A stretch of 64,000 nucleotides of DNA from Candidatus Omnitrophota bacterium (GTDB lineage Bacteria; Ratteibacteria; UBA8468; MWAK01), in assembly GCA_043826355.1 (NCBI GenBank), contig JBDRQI010000004.1:1-64000 (forward strand), given 5' to 3'. The notes under the pieces are model-generated. The model made no database searches. It saw nothing but the letters and a program-made list of their open reading frames with translations, and was not told the origin of the DNA. Both the position numbers and the translations under genes were made by a program. This document shows positions 40,030 through 50,636 of the stretch, one piece after another. Within the stretch, counting starts at the first letter, position 1, and each line of letters begins with the position of its first letter.

Positions 40030-41352
40030 ATGGCAAAAATCGTTTTTATCGGAGCCGGCAGTTTTGGTTTTACCCGTAATCTGGTGAAGGATGTTTTGAC
40101 TTTCCCTAACCTGAAGGATGCCACCCTTGTTTTGATGGATATTGACCGGGAACGGCTTGAATTCGCGCATAAAGCGGTTCAGCGAATTATAGATGCAGGT
40201 AAATATCCGGCCAAGATCAAGGTAACGATGGACCGGAAGGAAGCGCTGAAGGGAGCGGATGCGGTCCTCTGCACCATCCTGGCCGGTGACGTCCATGTCT
40301 GGCGCCATGACATTGAGATTCCCAAAAAGTATGGAGTGGACATTAACATCGGCGATACCCGGGGACCTTCCGGTATCTTCCGCGCCTTACGCACCATCCC
40401 GGTGATGCTCTCCATTTGTCGGGACATGGAAAAACTCTGTCCGGACGCGATTTTCCTAAACTACACCAACCCGATGGCGATGAACTGCCGGGCGATGCAG
40501 CGCAAGACAAGCATCAAGGTTACCGGTCTCTGCCACAGCGTCCAGGGAATTGCTGAGATGCTGGCTAAGTGGATTGGCGCGGACATGAAGGATATTACCT
40601 ATCTTTGCGCCGGCATCAACCACCAGGCCTGGTATCTGAAGTACGAAAAGAACCACCGGGATGCCTATCCCCTCATCCGCAAGGCAGTTGCGAAAAAGGA
40701 GATATATAACCAGGAAATTGTTCTTAACGAAATGTTTTTGCACCTGGACTATTATGTCACCGAATCCAGCGGGCACAATTCCGAGTACAACTGGTGGTTC
40801 CGCAAGCGGCCCGACCTCATTGAGAAGTACTGCACCCACGGCACCGGCTGGAATCCGGGCGTCTATGCTTACATTATAAATTATTATCTTAACCGGGAAA
40901 AGACCTGGAAGAAAGAAATAAAGGATTGGCTGGCTCAAAAGAAAATTCCGCTGGAGAGGGGTCTTGAATATGCTGCCAGCATCATCAACGCCTACCTGGG
41001 TGGAGAACCGTTTGAATTCAACGGGAACGTGCCCAATACCGGGTTGATTGCCAACCTTCCCGCTGATGCTTGCGTGGAGGTTCCGGTGGTAGCCAACCGA
41101 CGCGGTTTTAACGCTATTCACGTCGGCGCTCTCCCGCCTCAATGCGCGGCTCTTAACAACATCAGCGTGGCGGTGGAGGAGATGGCGGTGGAGGGTTGCC
41201 TGACCGGTGATGCCCGGCTGGTCTTTCAGGCGATCGCCTATGACCCGTTGACCGCCAGCGTTCTTTCTTTGGCGGAAATTAAGAAGATGGTGGCGGAGAT
41301 GTTTGCCAAAAACCGGCCCTATCTGCCGCATTTCAAAAGCACCGCCATTTAA
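40030..41352 (+). CDS. melA: Alpha-galactosidase, glycoside hydrolase family 4
   Basis: [40 protein letters not shown]. Confidence 0.9.
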   Translation: MAKIVFIGAGSFGFTRNLVKDVLTFPNLKDATLVLMDIDRERLEFAHKAVQRIIDAGKYPAKIKVTMDRKEALKGADAVLCTILAGDVHVWRHDIEIPKKYGVDINIGDTRGPSGIFRALRTIPVMLSICRDMEKLCPDAIFLNYTNPMAMNCRAMQRKTSIKVTGLCHSVQGIAEMLAKWIGADMKDITYLCAGINHQAWYLKYEKNHRDAYPLIRKAVAKKEIYNQEIVLNEMFLHLDYYVTESSGHNSEYNWWFRKRPDLIEKYCTHGTGWNPGVYAYIINYYLNREKTWKKEIKDWLAQKKIPLERGLEYAASIINAYLGGEPFEFNGNVPNTGLIANLPADACVEVPVVANRRGFNAIHVGALPPQCAALNNISVAVEEMAVEGCLTGDARLVFQAIAYDPLTASVLSLAEIKKMVAEMFAKNRPYLPHFKSTAI

Positions 41353-41366
41353 TATTTTTCCCGAAA

Positions 41367-41457
41367 TGTCATTCTGATGCCCTTCGTTCTGCTAAATGGT
41401 AAACTCCTTCGAAGAATCTGACGTACTTTGTCATCCTTCGGTTCCCTCAGGATGACA
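41367..41457. repeat. Family C palindromic repeat copy 3 (largely reverse orientation)
   Basis: GAAGAATCTGACGTACTTTGTCATCC is the reverse complement of the copy 1 interior; TCCTTCGGTTCCCTCAGGATGACA shared with copy 2. Confidence 0.8.
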
Positions 41458-41478
41458 AAATTAGGAATCAGTTGCGAT

Positions 41479-41532
41479 TTGACATTAATTTATTTTTGTT
41501 TTAAAATATAACCAAATAACAATATGGTTATA
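41479..41532 (+). promoter_or_regulatory. Sigma70 promoter with overlapping palindromic operator (likely ArsR site)
   Basis: TTGACA-17-TAAAAT; TATAACCA-N10-TGGTTATA at 41507-41532 upstream of the arsR-containing operon. Confidence 0.7.
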
Positions 41533-41563
41533 CCGATAATCGGGTAATCGAAAAGAGCAGGGG

Positions 41564-42736
41564 ATGAAAAACTGGCAAAAGTTTTTTTATATTGCGGCTG
41601 TTTTTCTGGGGTGTTTTTATCTGCCGATAGAAAACGCCCGGTTCAGCAACGCCGTTTTTGAGGCGCTGTCCCTGGTTAAATGGTATGCCCGGGAGCATGT
41701 TCTTTTGTGCCTGGTGCCGGCATTTTTCATCGCGGGCGCGATTTCGGTCTTTGTCAGCCAGGCGTCGGTTATGAAATACTTCGGCGCCGGCGCGAATAAA
41801 GTCCTTTCCTACGGCGTTGCCTCGGTTTCCGGGACCGTCCTGGCCGTATGCTCCTGCACGGTTCTGCCTCTTTTTTCCGGCATCTACAAACGTGGCGCTG
41901 GCCTGGGTCCGGCGATTGCTTTTCTATACTCCGGTCCCGCAATCAACATCCTGGCGATAATTCTTACCGCCCGGATTTTGGGCTGGCAGTTGGGTTTGGC
42001 CAGGGCGGTGGGCGCCGTTCTTTTCAGCATAGTTATCGGGTTGCTGATGCACCTCATTTTCCGGAAAGAGGAAAGGGAACGCCACGCGGGTGAGGGTCTG
42101 AACTTCGGGGAAGCGAAGGAAAACAGGTCTCCTGGGCAGACGATCGCCTATTTTTTCGTTATGATTGCAATCCTGGTTTTCGCCAACTGGGGGAAACCGG
42201 CTCCCGGCGATGCGGGGATTTGGGCTTTTATCTACGGACAAAAATGGGTGATGACCACGATTTTTTCCGGGGCCCTGGCCGTGATGCTCCTCCGGTGGTT
42301 TCGCCGGGAGGAACTTAAGGAATGGACACAGGCGACCTGGGTTTTTGCTCTGCAGATATTACCCCTGCTCCTGGCCGGGGTGCTGGTTTCCGGGTTCCTT
42401 CTGGGCCGGGTCGGCCACGAGGGCATTATCCCGTCACGATTTGTTGCCGGATTGGTCGGCGGCAATTCGTTCTTCGCAAATTTTTTTGCATCCGTGGTCG
42501 CCGCGTTTATGTATTTTGCAACCCTGACCGAGATTCCAATCCTGCAGGGCCTGATCGGGTCCGGTATGGGTAAGGGACCTGCTTTATCTTTGCTCCTGGC
42601 CGGTCCTGCGTTGAGTCTGCCCAGCATGCTGGTCATCCGCAGCGTCATCGGGACGAAGAAAACGGTTATTTATGCATCACTGGTGGTGGTTATGGCTACT
42701 TTTACCGGCATGGTCTTTGGGTTTATCGCGAAATAG
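41564..42736 (+). CDS. ArsP/DUF318 family permease
   Basis: AVCSCTVLP, FLYSGPAIN, MYFATLTE, LLLAGPALSLP. Confidence 0.88.
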   Translation: MKNWQKFFYIAAVFLGCFYLPIENARFSNAVFEALSLVKWYAREHVLLCLVPAFFIAGAISVFVSQASVMKYFGAGANKVLSYGVASVSGTVLAVCSCTVLPLFSGIYKRGAGLGPAIAFLYSGPAINILAIILTARILGWQLGLARAVGAVLFSIVIGLLMHLIFRKEERERHAGEGLNFGEAKENRSPGQTIAYFFVMIAILVFANWGKPAPGDAGIWAFIYGQKWVMTTIFSGALAVMLLRWFRREELKEWTQATWVFALQILPLLLAGVLVSGFLLGRVGHEGIIPSRFVAGLVGGNSFFANFFASVVAAFMYFATLTEIPILQGLIGSGMGKGPALSLLLAGPALSLPSMLVIRSVIGTKKTVIYASLVVVMATFTGMVFGFIAK

Positions 42737-42749
42737 GGGGGATATCAGG

Positions 42750-42983
42750 ATGAAACTTGAAATTTTGGGTACCGGCTGCCCCAAGTGCAAGCAGTTGACC
42801 GCCAACGTTGAAGAAGCGTTAAAGGAGTTGAATCTGCAGGCCGAGGTTATCAAGGTGACCGAGATAAATAAAATTATGGAGTACGGCGTAATGATAACCC
42901 CGTCCCTGGTAATAGACGGAAAGGTGGTCTCTTCAGGAAAAGTACTCACCAAAGACCAGATTAAGAACTTGATTTCAAAATAA
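42750..42983 (+). CDS. Small redox-active disulfide protein (MTH895-like thioredoxin fold)
   Basis: MKLEILGTGCPKC..YGVMITPSLVIDG. Confidence 0.9.
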   Translation: MKLEILGTGCPKCKQLTANVEEALKELNLQAEVIKVTEINKIMEYGVMITPSLVIDGKVVSSGKVLTKDQIKNLISK

Positions 42984-42992
42984 GGGGGCAGA

Positions 42993-43370
42993 ATGTCAAA
43001 TAAAATAGATAAACCTCTGAAAGAACTGACCGTAATCTTTAAGGCCCTGGCCGATCGGAACCGGATTCGTATTATCAAAATACTTCAAAAAAGGCCGCTT
43101 TGCGTCTGCGAAATCAGGGAGGTTCTGGGTATCTCCCAGCCGGCGGTTTCCCGTCATTTAAATATACTGAATAATGCCGGATTGATAGAGGATGAGAAAG
43201 ACGGAATCTGGACTAACTGCCGGCTTCCCAGATTTTTTGAAAACAAACATGTTTCGACAATCCTGAAATATTTCCAAACCTGCGGGGAAGAAGACGACTT
43301 GATAATTAGCGACCGCCGGAAAGTAACTTGCGTTGACCGCAAGGTTATTTGCGCCCGGAGGAAAAGATGA
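42993..43370 (+). CDS. arsR: ArsR/SmtB family transcriptional regulator
   Basis: FKALAD..RIRI, LCVCEI, SQPAVSRHL. Confidence 0.9.
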   Translation: MSNKIDKPLKELTVIFKALADRNRIRIIKILQKRPLCVCEIREVLGISQPAVSRHLNILNNAGLIEDEKDGIWTNCRLPRFFENKHVSTILKYFQTCGEEDDLIISDRRKVTCVDRKVICARRKR

Positions 43371-43834
43371 ATAAAAAAAATATCGGTAAAATAACCATTT
43401 TGGTTATTGTGATTATTGCGTTTGCGATATTCGCGGCCCGGCAAAAAGAAGAGCAGTCCGTTCCCCCGCCGGCCGTTCCGCTGGACGAAGAAGCAAAACC
43501 GGACGATTTTCGTCCGGAGCAACCGGCTAACCTGCCCTCGCAGGAATCGCCCCGCCTGGTCAGTTTGGGCGCCGATAGCTGCGTCCCCTGCCGGATGATG
43601 GTGCCTATCCGGGAAGAGTTGCGGAACGAATTAGAGGGTAAACTGCAGGTTGAATTCATAGATGTCTGGAAAGACCGGTCTGCAGGCGGCCAATACCGGA
43701 TACGGGTCATCCCCACCCTGATATTCTTTGACCCTTCCGGAAAAGAGTTGTTTCGCCACGAAGGTTTCATAAGCAAGGAAGACATTCTCTCTAAATGGAA
43801 AGAACTGGGTTTCAACCTGGAGAAAGGAACCTGA
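43367..43834 (+). CDS. Membrane-anchored thioredoxin family protein
   Basis: N-terminal TM; CVPC; IPT cis-Pro loop; RHEGF. Confidence 0.85.
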   Translation: MNKKNIGKITILVIVIIAFAIFAARQKEEQSVPPPAVPLDEEAKPDDFRPEQPANLPSQESPRLVSLGADSCVPCRMMVPIREELRNELEGKLQVEFIDVWKDRSAGGQYRIRVIPTLIFFDPSGKELFRHEGFISKEDILSKWKELGFNLEKGT

Positions 43835-43836
43835 AA

Positions 43837-44769
43837 ATGAATAAATTAATAAAACGCATCGCATTTTTGATTTTAGGAATCACAACACTTCCGCTGTTCT
43901 GCGGATGTTCGGGGTTAATTCAGGCGGGAACGACGGAAATGGTTGACAGCCTTTATCCCGGACTTACGGCCGGAATTCTCAGATACGCCAAACCTGCCGA
44001 GTTGCCCGAAGGAATAGTTCTTTGTTCAGGACGGGTGGAGATTGCGGCAAAGGAGATTGAAGACACTGCGGCAAAAGCTCCAAAAGAACTTCAGGCCCAG
44101 CTGAATAAAAATTTAATCTTTCTTCTGGAGCAGGCGGCAACCGAAAAAATCCTGTTGAACCTGGCCAGGGAGAGCGTGAAAAACGAATCCGTTCGGGACG
44201 ACGGCGAAATTATACGGAGTTATCTGGAGGGAAATATAGTGCATGATGTCAGGGTGAGCGAGGGAGAAATAAAGGCCTTTTACGAGGACAACAAAGAGAT
44301 GTTCGGCGGCGCGCCTTTTGACGCGGTCAAGGGAACGCTGAATGCTTTTTTCCTTCAGCAGAAAAAACAGGAAGCAGTGACGGATTTCATAAAAAATCTG
44401 GGCCAGAAGATTCCCATTTCAGTGGCGGCTTCCTGGGTAAAGGAGCAGGCGGTTCTGGCGCGGGACAACCCGGTAGATAAAATTCGGGCAAGCAAAAAAC
44501 CTTCGTTGGTGGATTTCGGGGCCGACGGTTGTCTGCCCTGCGACATGATGACGCCGATTCTGGACAATATCAGAGTTAAATACGAGGGAAAACTTAACGT
44601 TTTGTTCGTCCATGTTCAGGCCGAGCAGATACTTGCCGCCAGATATGGCATCAAGTCAATTCCGGTTCAGGTCTTCTTTGACAAAAGCGGAAAGGAGATA
44701 TTTCGTCACACCGGGTTTTTTTCGCAGGAAGAAATTGAAAGAAAATTATCCGAAATGAGGGTGGAGTGA
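43837..44769 (+). CDS. Putative lipoprotein with a helical N-terminal region and C-terminal thioredoxin domain
   Basis: LFCGC lipobox-like; DFGADGCLPC; IPVQ. Confidence 0.75.
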   Translation: MNKLIKRIAFLILGITTLPLFCGCSGLIQAGTTEMVDSLYPGLTAGILRYAKPAELPEGIVLCSGRVEIAAKEIEDTAAKAPKELQAQLNKNLIFLLEQAATEKILLNLARESVKNESVRDDGEIIRSYLEGNIVHDVRVSEGEIKAFYEDNKEMFGGAPFDAVKGTLNAFFLQQKKQEAVTDFIKNLGQKIPISVAASWVKEQAVLARDNPVDKIRASKKPSLVDFGADGCLPCDMMTPILDNIRVKYEGKLNVLFVHVQAEQILAARYGIKSIPVQVFFDKSGKEIFRHTGFFSQEEIERKLSEMRVE

Positions 44770-45464
44770 TGTATGGCCTTTTTAATTTTTTGACCCGCGC
44801 CATAGAAGGCGCCCCGCTGGTCGCTTTATTTGCTTCGTTCGTGTGGGGTATTTTGAGCATCATCTTAAGCCCCTGCCACCTGGCAAGCATTCCGCTTATC
44901 GTGGGCTTTATTGACGGGCAGGGCAAAATATCCACCAGGAGGGCGTTTTTCATATCCGTTCTCTTTGCTTCCGGAATTCTTGTGACGATAGCGCTTCTCG
45001 GCATAGTTACGGGCGCGGCCGGAAGGATGCTGGGCGATATCGGGAGGTTTGGAAATTATTTTGTAGCGGCCATATTTTTTATCGTCGGGCTCCACCTGCT
45101 CGGTATTATCCCGATGCCTTTTTCCGGGCCCGGGCATATTGCCATGAAAAGAAGGGGGCCGCTGGCGGCGTTTATCCTGGGGCTTATCTTCGGAATCGCG
45201 CTGGGTCCCTGCACTTTTGCCTATATGGCGCCCATGCTTACGGTCACTTTTAAATTGGCGGCGACCAACCTGCTTTACGGCATACTATTGCTTCTCTCGT
45301 ACGGAATCGGCCATTGTTCGGTAATTGTCTTTGCTGGCACCTTTACGGAGGTCATCCAGCATTACCTCAATTGGAGCGAGAATTCAAAAGGCGCCGTAAT
45401 CCTGAAGAAAATCTGCGGCGCGCTGGTTATTCTTGGGGGAATTTACATGATTTATACCGCTTGA
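44769..45464 (+). CDS. ccdA: CcdA/DsbD-type transmembrane electron transporter
   Basis: LSPCH and GPCT redox Cys in TM segments. Confidence 0.85.
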   Translation: MYGLFNFLTRAIEGAPLVALFASFVWGILSIILSPCHLASIPLIVGFIDGQGKISTRRAFFISVLFASGILVTIALLGIVTGAAGRMLGDIGRFGNYFVAAIFFIVGLHLLGIIPMPFSGPGHIAMKRRGPLAAFILGLIFGIALGPCTFAYMAPMLTVTFKLAATNLLYGILLLLSYGIGHCSVIVFAGTFTEVIQHYLNWSENSKGAVILKKICGALVILGGIYMIYTA

Positions 45465-45486
45465 TATACCGTGGGAGGGTTTAACG

Positions 45487-46392
45487 ATGAAAAAGAAACC
45501 GATACGCTGTCATAAAACAGACCATAAGGAAGACGTGCGCCAGGCGGTCCGAAACGGATACGCCAGGATTGCATCCGGGGGCGGGGGGTGCTGTTCTTCG
45601 GCTGTCGGATGCTGCGGCGCTCCATCCGCCAGGAGTTTGGCGAAGAGCGTGGGTTATTCCGAAACGGAATTGGCAGCATTGCCCGAAGGAGCCAATATGG
45701 GTCTTTCCTGCGGGAACCCGACCGCGATTGCCGCTTTAAAACCGGGAGAAGTCGTGCTGGACCTCGGCAGCGGCGGCGGGTTTGACGTATTCCTGGCCGC
45801 TCCAAAAGTCGGTTCCAAAGGTCTGGTTATTGGCGTGGACATGACCCCGGAAATGGTCGGCAAGGCGCGCCGCAATATACCGGCTTTCCGCAAACGAACG
45901 GGGTTGGACAACGTGGAGTTCCGTCTCGGAGAAATAGAACATCTGCCCGTAGCCGATGCGAGCGTGGATGTCGTCATCTCCAACTGCGTAATTAACCTTT
46001 CGCCGGACAAACCGCAGGTGTGGCGCGAAATTGTCCGGGTGCTGAAACCCGGCGGACGCGTGGCGGTTTCCGACCTGGCGCTGCGGCGGCCTTTGCCGGA
46101 AGCGGTTCGTAAATCCGTTGCCGCGCTGGTCGGCTGCATCGCCGGGGCGGTTCTCGTGGACGAAACGCGGAAAATGGCAACCGAAGCCGGCCTGGTAAGT
46201 CTAATTCTGACGCCGCAACCCGGTTACATAGAGAATATGACCGACTGGAGCGACCCGCTTTACCGGGACATCCGCAAGCATCTTCCTGAAGGGCGCGCCG
46301 CAGGTGACTATATCGTAAGTTTGTACCTCACCGCGGAAAAGCCGATGGTTGACAAACACCATATCAGGAAAATGAAAAATGGCCGCAAATAA
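45487..46392 (+). CDS. arsM: Arsenite methyltransferase
   Basis: N-terminal CC..CC, GLSCGNP, LDLGSGGG, ISNCVINL, GCIAGA. Confidence 0.92.
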   Translation: MKKKPIRCHKTDHKEDVRQAVRNGYARIASGGGGCCSSAVGCCGAPSARSLAKSVGYSETELAALPEGANMGLSCGNPTAIAALKPGEVVLDLGSGGGFDVFLAAPKVGSKGLVIGVDMTPEMVGKARRNIPAFRKRTGLDNVEFRLGEIEHLPVADASVDVVISNCVINLSPDKPQVWREIVRVLKPGGRVAVSDLALRRPLPEAVRKSVAALVGCIAGAVLVDETRKMATEAGLVSLILTPQPGYIENMTDWSDPLYRDIRKHLPEGRAAGDYIVSLYLTAEKPMVDKHHIRKMKNGRK

Positions 46393-47449
46393 TGAAAAAG
46401 CAAGACTGCCTTTTTTCGAAAGGTACCTTTCACTCTGGGTGCTTTTATGTATTGCCGCCGGCGTAATCGTCGGCAAGGTATTTCCGTCCGGAGTGAATTT
46501 CTTAGGCGAACTGGAGGTTGCCCACGTCAACATTCCGGTAGCCATCCTCATCTGGTTGATGATATATCCGATGATGCTCCAGATAGATTTTTCCAGCATC
46601 GTCCGCGCTTCAAGGAGACCGAAAGGTTTAACCATAACGCTGGTTGTCAACTGGTTAATCAAGCCGTTTACCATGGCGCTATTTGCCTTCATCTTTTTCA
46701 GGCACATCTTCGGCGCCTTTATCAACCCGGCCCTGGCAAAGGAATATATCGCCGGAGCCATCCTTTTGGGAGCCGCTCCCTGTACTGCGATGGTCTTTGT
46801 CTGGAGTTACCTGACCAAAGGCAATCCGGCCCATACCCTGGTTCAGGTTGCGGTTAACGACCTGGTGATTCTCTTTGCTTTTATCCCGATAGTTAAATTC
46901 CTGCTGGGTGTCAACCAGATATCCGTGCCTTACGATACTTTAATCTACTCGGTCGTTCTTTTTGTCGTGATACCTCTGGCCGGCGGGTATATTTCGCGGG
47001 TGCAGTTGCTCAAGCGTAAAGGGGTCGATTGGTTTGAAAACGTATTCCTGAAGAGACTGAAGCCGGTTACGATTTTCGGGTTGTTGCTGACCCTGGTCAT
47101 CATCTTTGCTTTTCAGGGTAAAACCATTCTGGCAAACCCTTTTCACATTATCTTAATCGCGGTTCCCCTGACAATCCAGACCTATTTTATTTTTACCATC
47201 GGGTATTTCTGGTCAAAGAAATGGCGGCTCACCCATGACATCGCTTCTCCGGCGGCCATGATCGGCGCCAGCAACTTCTTCGAACTGGCTGTGGCGGTGG
47301 CTATCTCTCTTTTCGGCTTGAAGAGCGGTGCCACCCTGGTCACTGTGGTCGGTGTTTTGACCGAAGTTCCGATTATGCTGAGCTTGGTCAATTTTTCCAA
47401 CAGGACTCGGGGCTGGTTTACTCCGGGAAGACGGAAGGCGGGAGGTTAA
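46379..47449 (+). CDS. acr3: ACR3 family arsenite efflux transporter
   Basis: ERYLSLWV, APCTAMVFVWS, GASNFFELAVAVAI. Confidence 0.95.
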   Translation: MAANNEKARLPFFERYLSLWVLLCIAAGVIVGKVFPSGVNFLGELEVAHVNIPVAILIWLMIYPMMLQIDFSSIVRASRRPKGLTITLVVNWLIKPFTMALFAFIFFRHIFGAFINPALAKEYIAGAILLGAAPCTAMVFVWSYLTKGNPAHTLVQVAVNDLVILFAFIPIVKFLLGVNQISVPYDTLIYSVVLFVVIPLAGGYISRVQLLKRKGVDWFENVFLKRLKPVTIFGLLLTLVIIFAFQGKTILANPFHIILIAVPLTIQTYFIFTIGYFWSKKWRLTHDIASPAAMIGASNFFELAVAVAISLFGLKSGATLVTVVGVLTEVPIMLSLVNFSNRTRGWFTPGRRKAGG

Positions 47450-48273
47450 ATAACGGATTTTTCCGGGGCGCCTTTCGTAAAAATATGCGTCAGGCCCCGG
47501 CCTGACTTGGGATGGAGCAGGATGACCATCAACCCGCCGACGATATTGCCGAAGGTTACCGGAATAAGGTTTCGGAATATTTCCCAGAAACGAGAAAAGA
47601 ATTGCCCGCTTGCCATCAGGCCGGCCGGGATGAAGTACATGTTGGCGATGGAGTGTTCATAGCCCGAGGCGACAAATACCATAATCGGAAAATAGATTCC
47701 GAATATTTTTCCGGTTACGGTCTTTGAGGATAAAGACATAATTACCGCCAGGCAGACCAGCATATTGCAGAGTATTCCCCGGCAGAATCCCTGAAAAAAG
47801 GTCAGGGAAATTTTACTTTCGGCAATCTTGACAGCGATGTTGCCGGCGGCGCTGGTTAACGCGCCGGTCTGCAATAATCCGGAATTGAACACCAGGCAGG
47901 CCAGGAGCAGGCTGCCGATAAAGTTCCCCAGGTAAACCGCCAGCCAGTTTCGCAGCATTTTTGAAAAACCGTATTTTTTGCCGAGCAGGCCGATTACCAT
48001 CAGGATATTGCCGGTGAAAAGTTCTGCGCCGGGAATCAGAACCAGCATTAAGCCAACGCTGAAGACGGTGCCTGCGAGAAATTTGCCGAGCCCCGGGTCA
48101 AGCGTCCCGCCGCTTAAGACCGCGGTAGCCGCCGCCGCCCCGAAACCGATGTAAGTGCCGGCCAGGATTCCGTAAACAAAGAGGTCGAAAATGGAAGAAA
48201 CCGCCTTTTTTTCCCCGATAGCAATTAACTTTTGGGATACTTCCTTCGGTTTTAAAAACAGGTTCTCATCCAT
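47446..48273 (-). CDS. Formate/nitrite transporter family protein
   Basis: ELFTGN, GNFIG, ILCNMLVCLA, GYEHSIANM, GNIVGG; ATG 48273 preferred. Confidence 0.92.
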   Translation of the reverse strand: MDENLFLKPKEVSQKLIAIGEKKAVSSIFDLFVYGILAGTYIGFGAAAATAVLSGGTLDPGLGKFLAGTVFSVGLMLVLIPGAELFTGNILMVIGLLGKKYGFSKMLRNWLAVYLGNFIGSLLLACLVFNSGLLQTGALTSAAGNIAVKIAESKISLTFFQGFCRGILCNMLVCLAVIMSLSSKTVTGKIFGIYFPIMVFVASGYEHSIANMYFIPAGLMASGQFFSRFWEIFRNLIPVTFGNIVGGLMVILLHPKSGRGLTHIFTKGAPEKSVI

Positions 48274-48305
48274 ATTTGAAATTATAACCCGTGCCCCGCG
48301 AAAAT

Positions 48306-49253
48306 TCAAAACCCCTGCGCCAGGTTTTGCTTGTAAAACCGGGCAACTTCCGGGCTCTCTATCACCGAAATAATCTCCTGGTTTCGTTTGGCCGCGCCGC
48401 TGGGATTATAAGAGCCGGTGATAACTTTTTTACCGTCAATCAGGAATAGTTTGTAGTGGTTCAAATAATAGTTTTTATCCCAGGCCACGTTTGCGCCGGA
48501 AGCGTTTAATTCGCGGAAAGCCGTATCATTTACCGCCCAGTCTTGTTCCAGAATGCCTGATACTTTAATGCCCTGGCTGGTTTTTTTCTTCAAAATCTGA
48601 ATAATTTCCGAGTCGGTGAAGACGTAATGCGAAAAAAATATTTCTTTCTGCGCCGATTTTAGTTCTTTTAAAATAATGGTACGGCATTTCGGGTTCAGGT
48701 AAACTTGAACCGGAAGTTTCGGGTTGCCTTGAAAGGACAAAGGCGGATTTTTATCTTCTATCAGGGCGTTAAAAACCCGCCTTAAGTAACCGGCAATTTC
48801 TGGATAGTGAAAAAAGATTAAATCATTATCGCTTTGATAGGCGGAATTGAAGGTTAGATTGAAAGAACCCAGCCAGGCGAACTTTCCGTCTACCACGCCG
48901 AACTTGGCATGCATCAGAGAAGATGGTTTGGAGTCGGTAGCGATAAAATTGAAGGGGAGGGCAGAGGCGCTTTCTGCCGCCTTGTCGTCTATTAACAGCT
49001 TAACTTTCACACCCCGGTCCTGAGCCGCCTTCAGGGCATTGAGTACGCAGGGTAGGTTGGCTTCAAAAGAAGTTATTAATACTTCCTTTTTCGCCTGGTT
49101 TATCAGTCCGGTTATTTTTAAAGGTATGTCGGTTTTGCGGGAAAGACAGACCTCAAAATCTTTGGTCACCAGGGGTTGCGGTTTGTTGCATCCGGCTGTT
49201 AGAATTAAAGGTATCAGCCAAAACGCAACGAAACGCATACGCCGAAATCGCAT
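48306..49253 (-). CDS. Phospholipase D-like / Nuc-type lipoprotein with two HKD motifs
   Basis: LTAGC lipobox; HAKFGVVD..GSFN; HYKLFLID..GSYN. Confidence 0.85.
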   Translation of the reverse strand: MRFRRMRFVAFWLIPLILTAGCNKPQPLVTKDFEVCLSRKTDIPLKITGLINQAKKEVLITSFEANLPCVLNALKAAQDRGVKVKLLIDDKAAESASALPFNFIATDSKPSSLMHAKFGVVDGKFAWLGSFNLTFNSAYQSDNDLIFFHYPEIAGYLRRVFNALIEDKNPPLSFQGNPKLPVQVYLNPKCRTIILKELKSAQKEIFFSHYVFTDSEIIQILKKKTSQGIKVSGILEQDWAVNDTAFRELNASGANVAWDKNYYLNHYKLFLIDGKKVITGSYNPSGAAKRNQEIISVIESPEVARFYKQNLAQGF

Positions 49254-49336
49254 TGTTTTATTATATCATTCCGTCCTTATGCTATAATAATATTAGTTTG
49301 TTGTCATTCTGAAGCATAGCGAAGAATCCCGTATTT

Positions 49337-49386
49337 GTAGGGGCCGCATTAATGCGGCCCGCGGGCGCGATGAATCGCGCCCCTAC
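49337..49386. repeat. GTAG-type REP doublet, preceded by a family C fragment at 49302-49328
   Basis: GTAGGGGC...GCCCCTAC. Confidence 0.8.
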
Positions 49387-49416
49387 AAAAATCGTATTAT
49401 CTTGCCCGGAGGAACA

Positions 49417-49992
49417 ATGGAAACTAAAATTCTGCCCTTTAAACGATTAATAACGGAAAGAGAGAACCTGCTGGCGCGTAAGATTCTGATGTCAATAACG
49501 ATGGCCGCGGTGACCGGACTGCTGGCCGGCATCCGCATACCGCTTCCGTTTACGCCGATTCCGCTTACCGGCCAGGTTTTAGGAGTGCTTCTCGCCGGCC
49601 TTTTTCTGGAAGGTTCTTTTGCCGGTTTGAGCCAGGCCCTTTACCTTCTTATCGGTTTAAGCGGCATCCCCTGGTTTTCCGGCTGGAGCAGTCTTTCTTT
49701 TGCCACTTTCGCCGCCAACCCCACTTCCGGGTATCTTGTCGGGTTTATTCCGGCGGCTTTCCTGATTGGAAAACTGGAACACTGCGGGTCCAAAATGAAC
49801 CTTTTCCGGCATACAATCGCGTTCCTTGCCGGGATTCTGGTGCTCTATTCTTTCGGCGCAATCCATCTTGCAACAATAATGCATACCGGCTTTCAGAGAA
49901 CCATGCTCTTGGCCGTCTATCCCTTCATCTTTTTTGATTTCCTGAAGGCCCTTCTGGCCGCTTCATTTATGAGCGCCTTTCGTAAGGTCTAA
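49417..49992 (+). CDS. bioY: Biotin transporter BioY
   Basis: PFTPIPLTGQ, GIPWFSG, PTSGYLVGF, PFIFFDFLK. Confidence 0.9.
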   Translation: METKILPFKRLITERENLLARKILMSITMAAVTGLLAGIRIPLPFTPIPLTGQVLGVLLAGLFLEGSFAGLSQALYLLIGLSGIPWFSGWSSLSFATFAANPTSGYLVGFIPAAFLIGKLEHCGSKMNLFRHTIAFLAGILVLYSFGAIHLATIMHTGFQRTMLLAVYPFIFFDFLKALLAASFMSAFRKV

Positions 49993-50057
49993 ATTTTAGT
50001 CCTTCTCCCCTCCGGGCTGCAAGTCCGCCTCAGGCGGGGAGAGGATGAAGGTGAGGG

Positions 50058-50636
50058 GTGAAAATGACTGTTTACGAAACAATCATTAAGCGGCGTACCG
50101 TTCGCCGTTTTCAATCCAGGCCGGTTCCGGAAGAAATTCTGGAAAAAATGGTAAACGCCGGTCGTTTGGCTCCTTCGGCCGCCAATCTCCAACCCTGCGA
50201 ATTTTTAATCGTGGACGACCCGAATTTGGTTGCCGCGGTCTTTGCCACTTTACAGTGGGCCGGTTATGTGGCGCCGGCCGGTAATCCGCCGGAGGGAAAA
50301 CGGCCCGTTGCCTACATCGTTCTGCTTCTCAATCCTGAAAAGAGCCGGGGTGGTATTGCCGATGCCGGAGCGGCTATTGAAAACATGATTTTGACCGGGC
50401 TGGAAGATGGTGTCGCTGCCTGCTGGCTGGGCTCGGTGGACCGCGGCCAGTTGACAAAAATTCTTAATATTCCTAATTACTGCCGAATTGATTCGGTGTT
50501 GGCGCTGGGTTATCCGGAACAGGAGAACCAGGCAGAGGATTTTTCCGGTTCAATCAAATACTGGCTTGACGAAAAAGGTAATTACCACGTGCCCAAACGC
50601 AGTTTAAAAGAAGTCCTTCACCGTAATACCTACTAA
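50058..50636 (+). CDS. Nitroreductase family protein
   Basis: RRTVRRF, APSAANLQP, DAGAAIENMIL, LGYP. Confidence 0.9.
   Translation: MKMTVYETIIKRRTVRRFQSRPVPEEILEKMVNAGRLAPSAANLQPCEFLIVDDPNLVAAVFATLQWAGYVAPAGNPPEGKRPVAYIVLLLNPEKSRGGIADAGAAIENMILTGLEDGVAACWLGSVDRGQLTKILNIPNYCRIDSVLALGYPEQENQAEDFSGSIKYWLDEKGNYHVPKRSLKEVLHRNTY

Noticed and set aside
42750..44769. Selenocysteine recoding in the thioredoxin-like proteins
   Set aside because: All CxxC motifs use TGC/TGT; no in-frame TGA.
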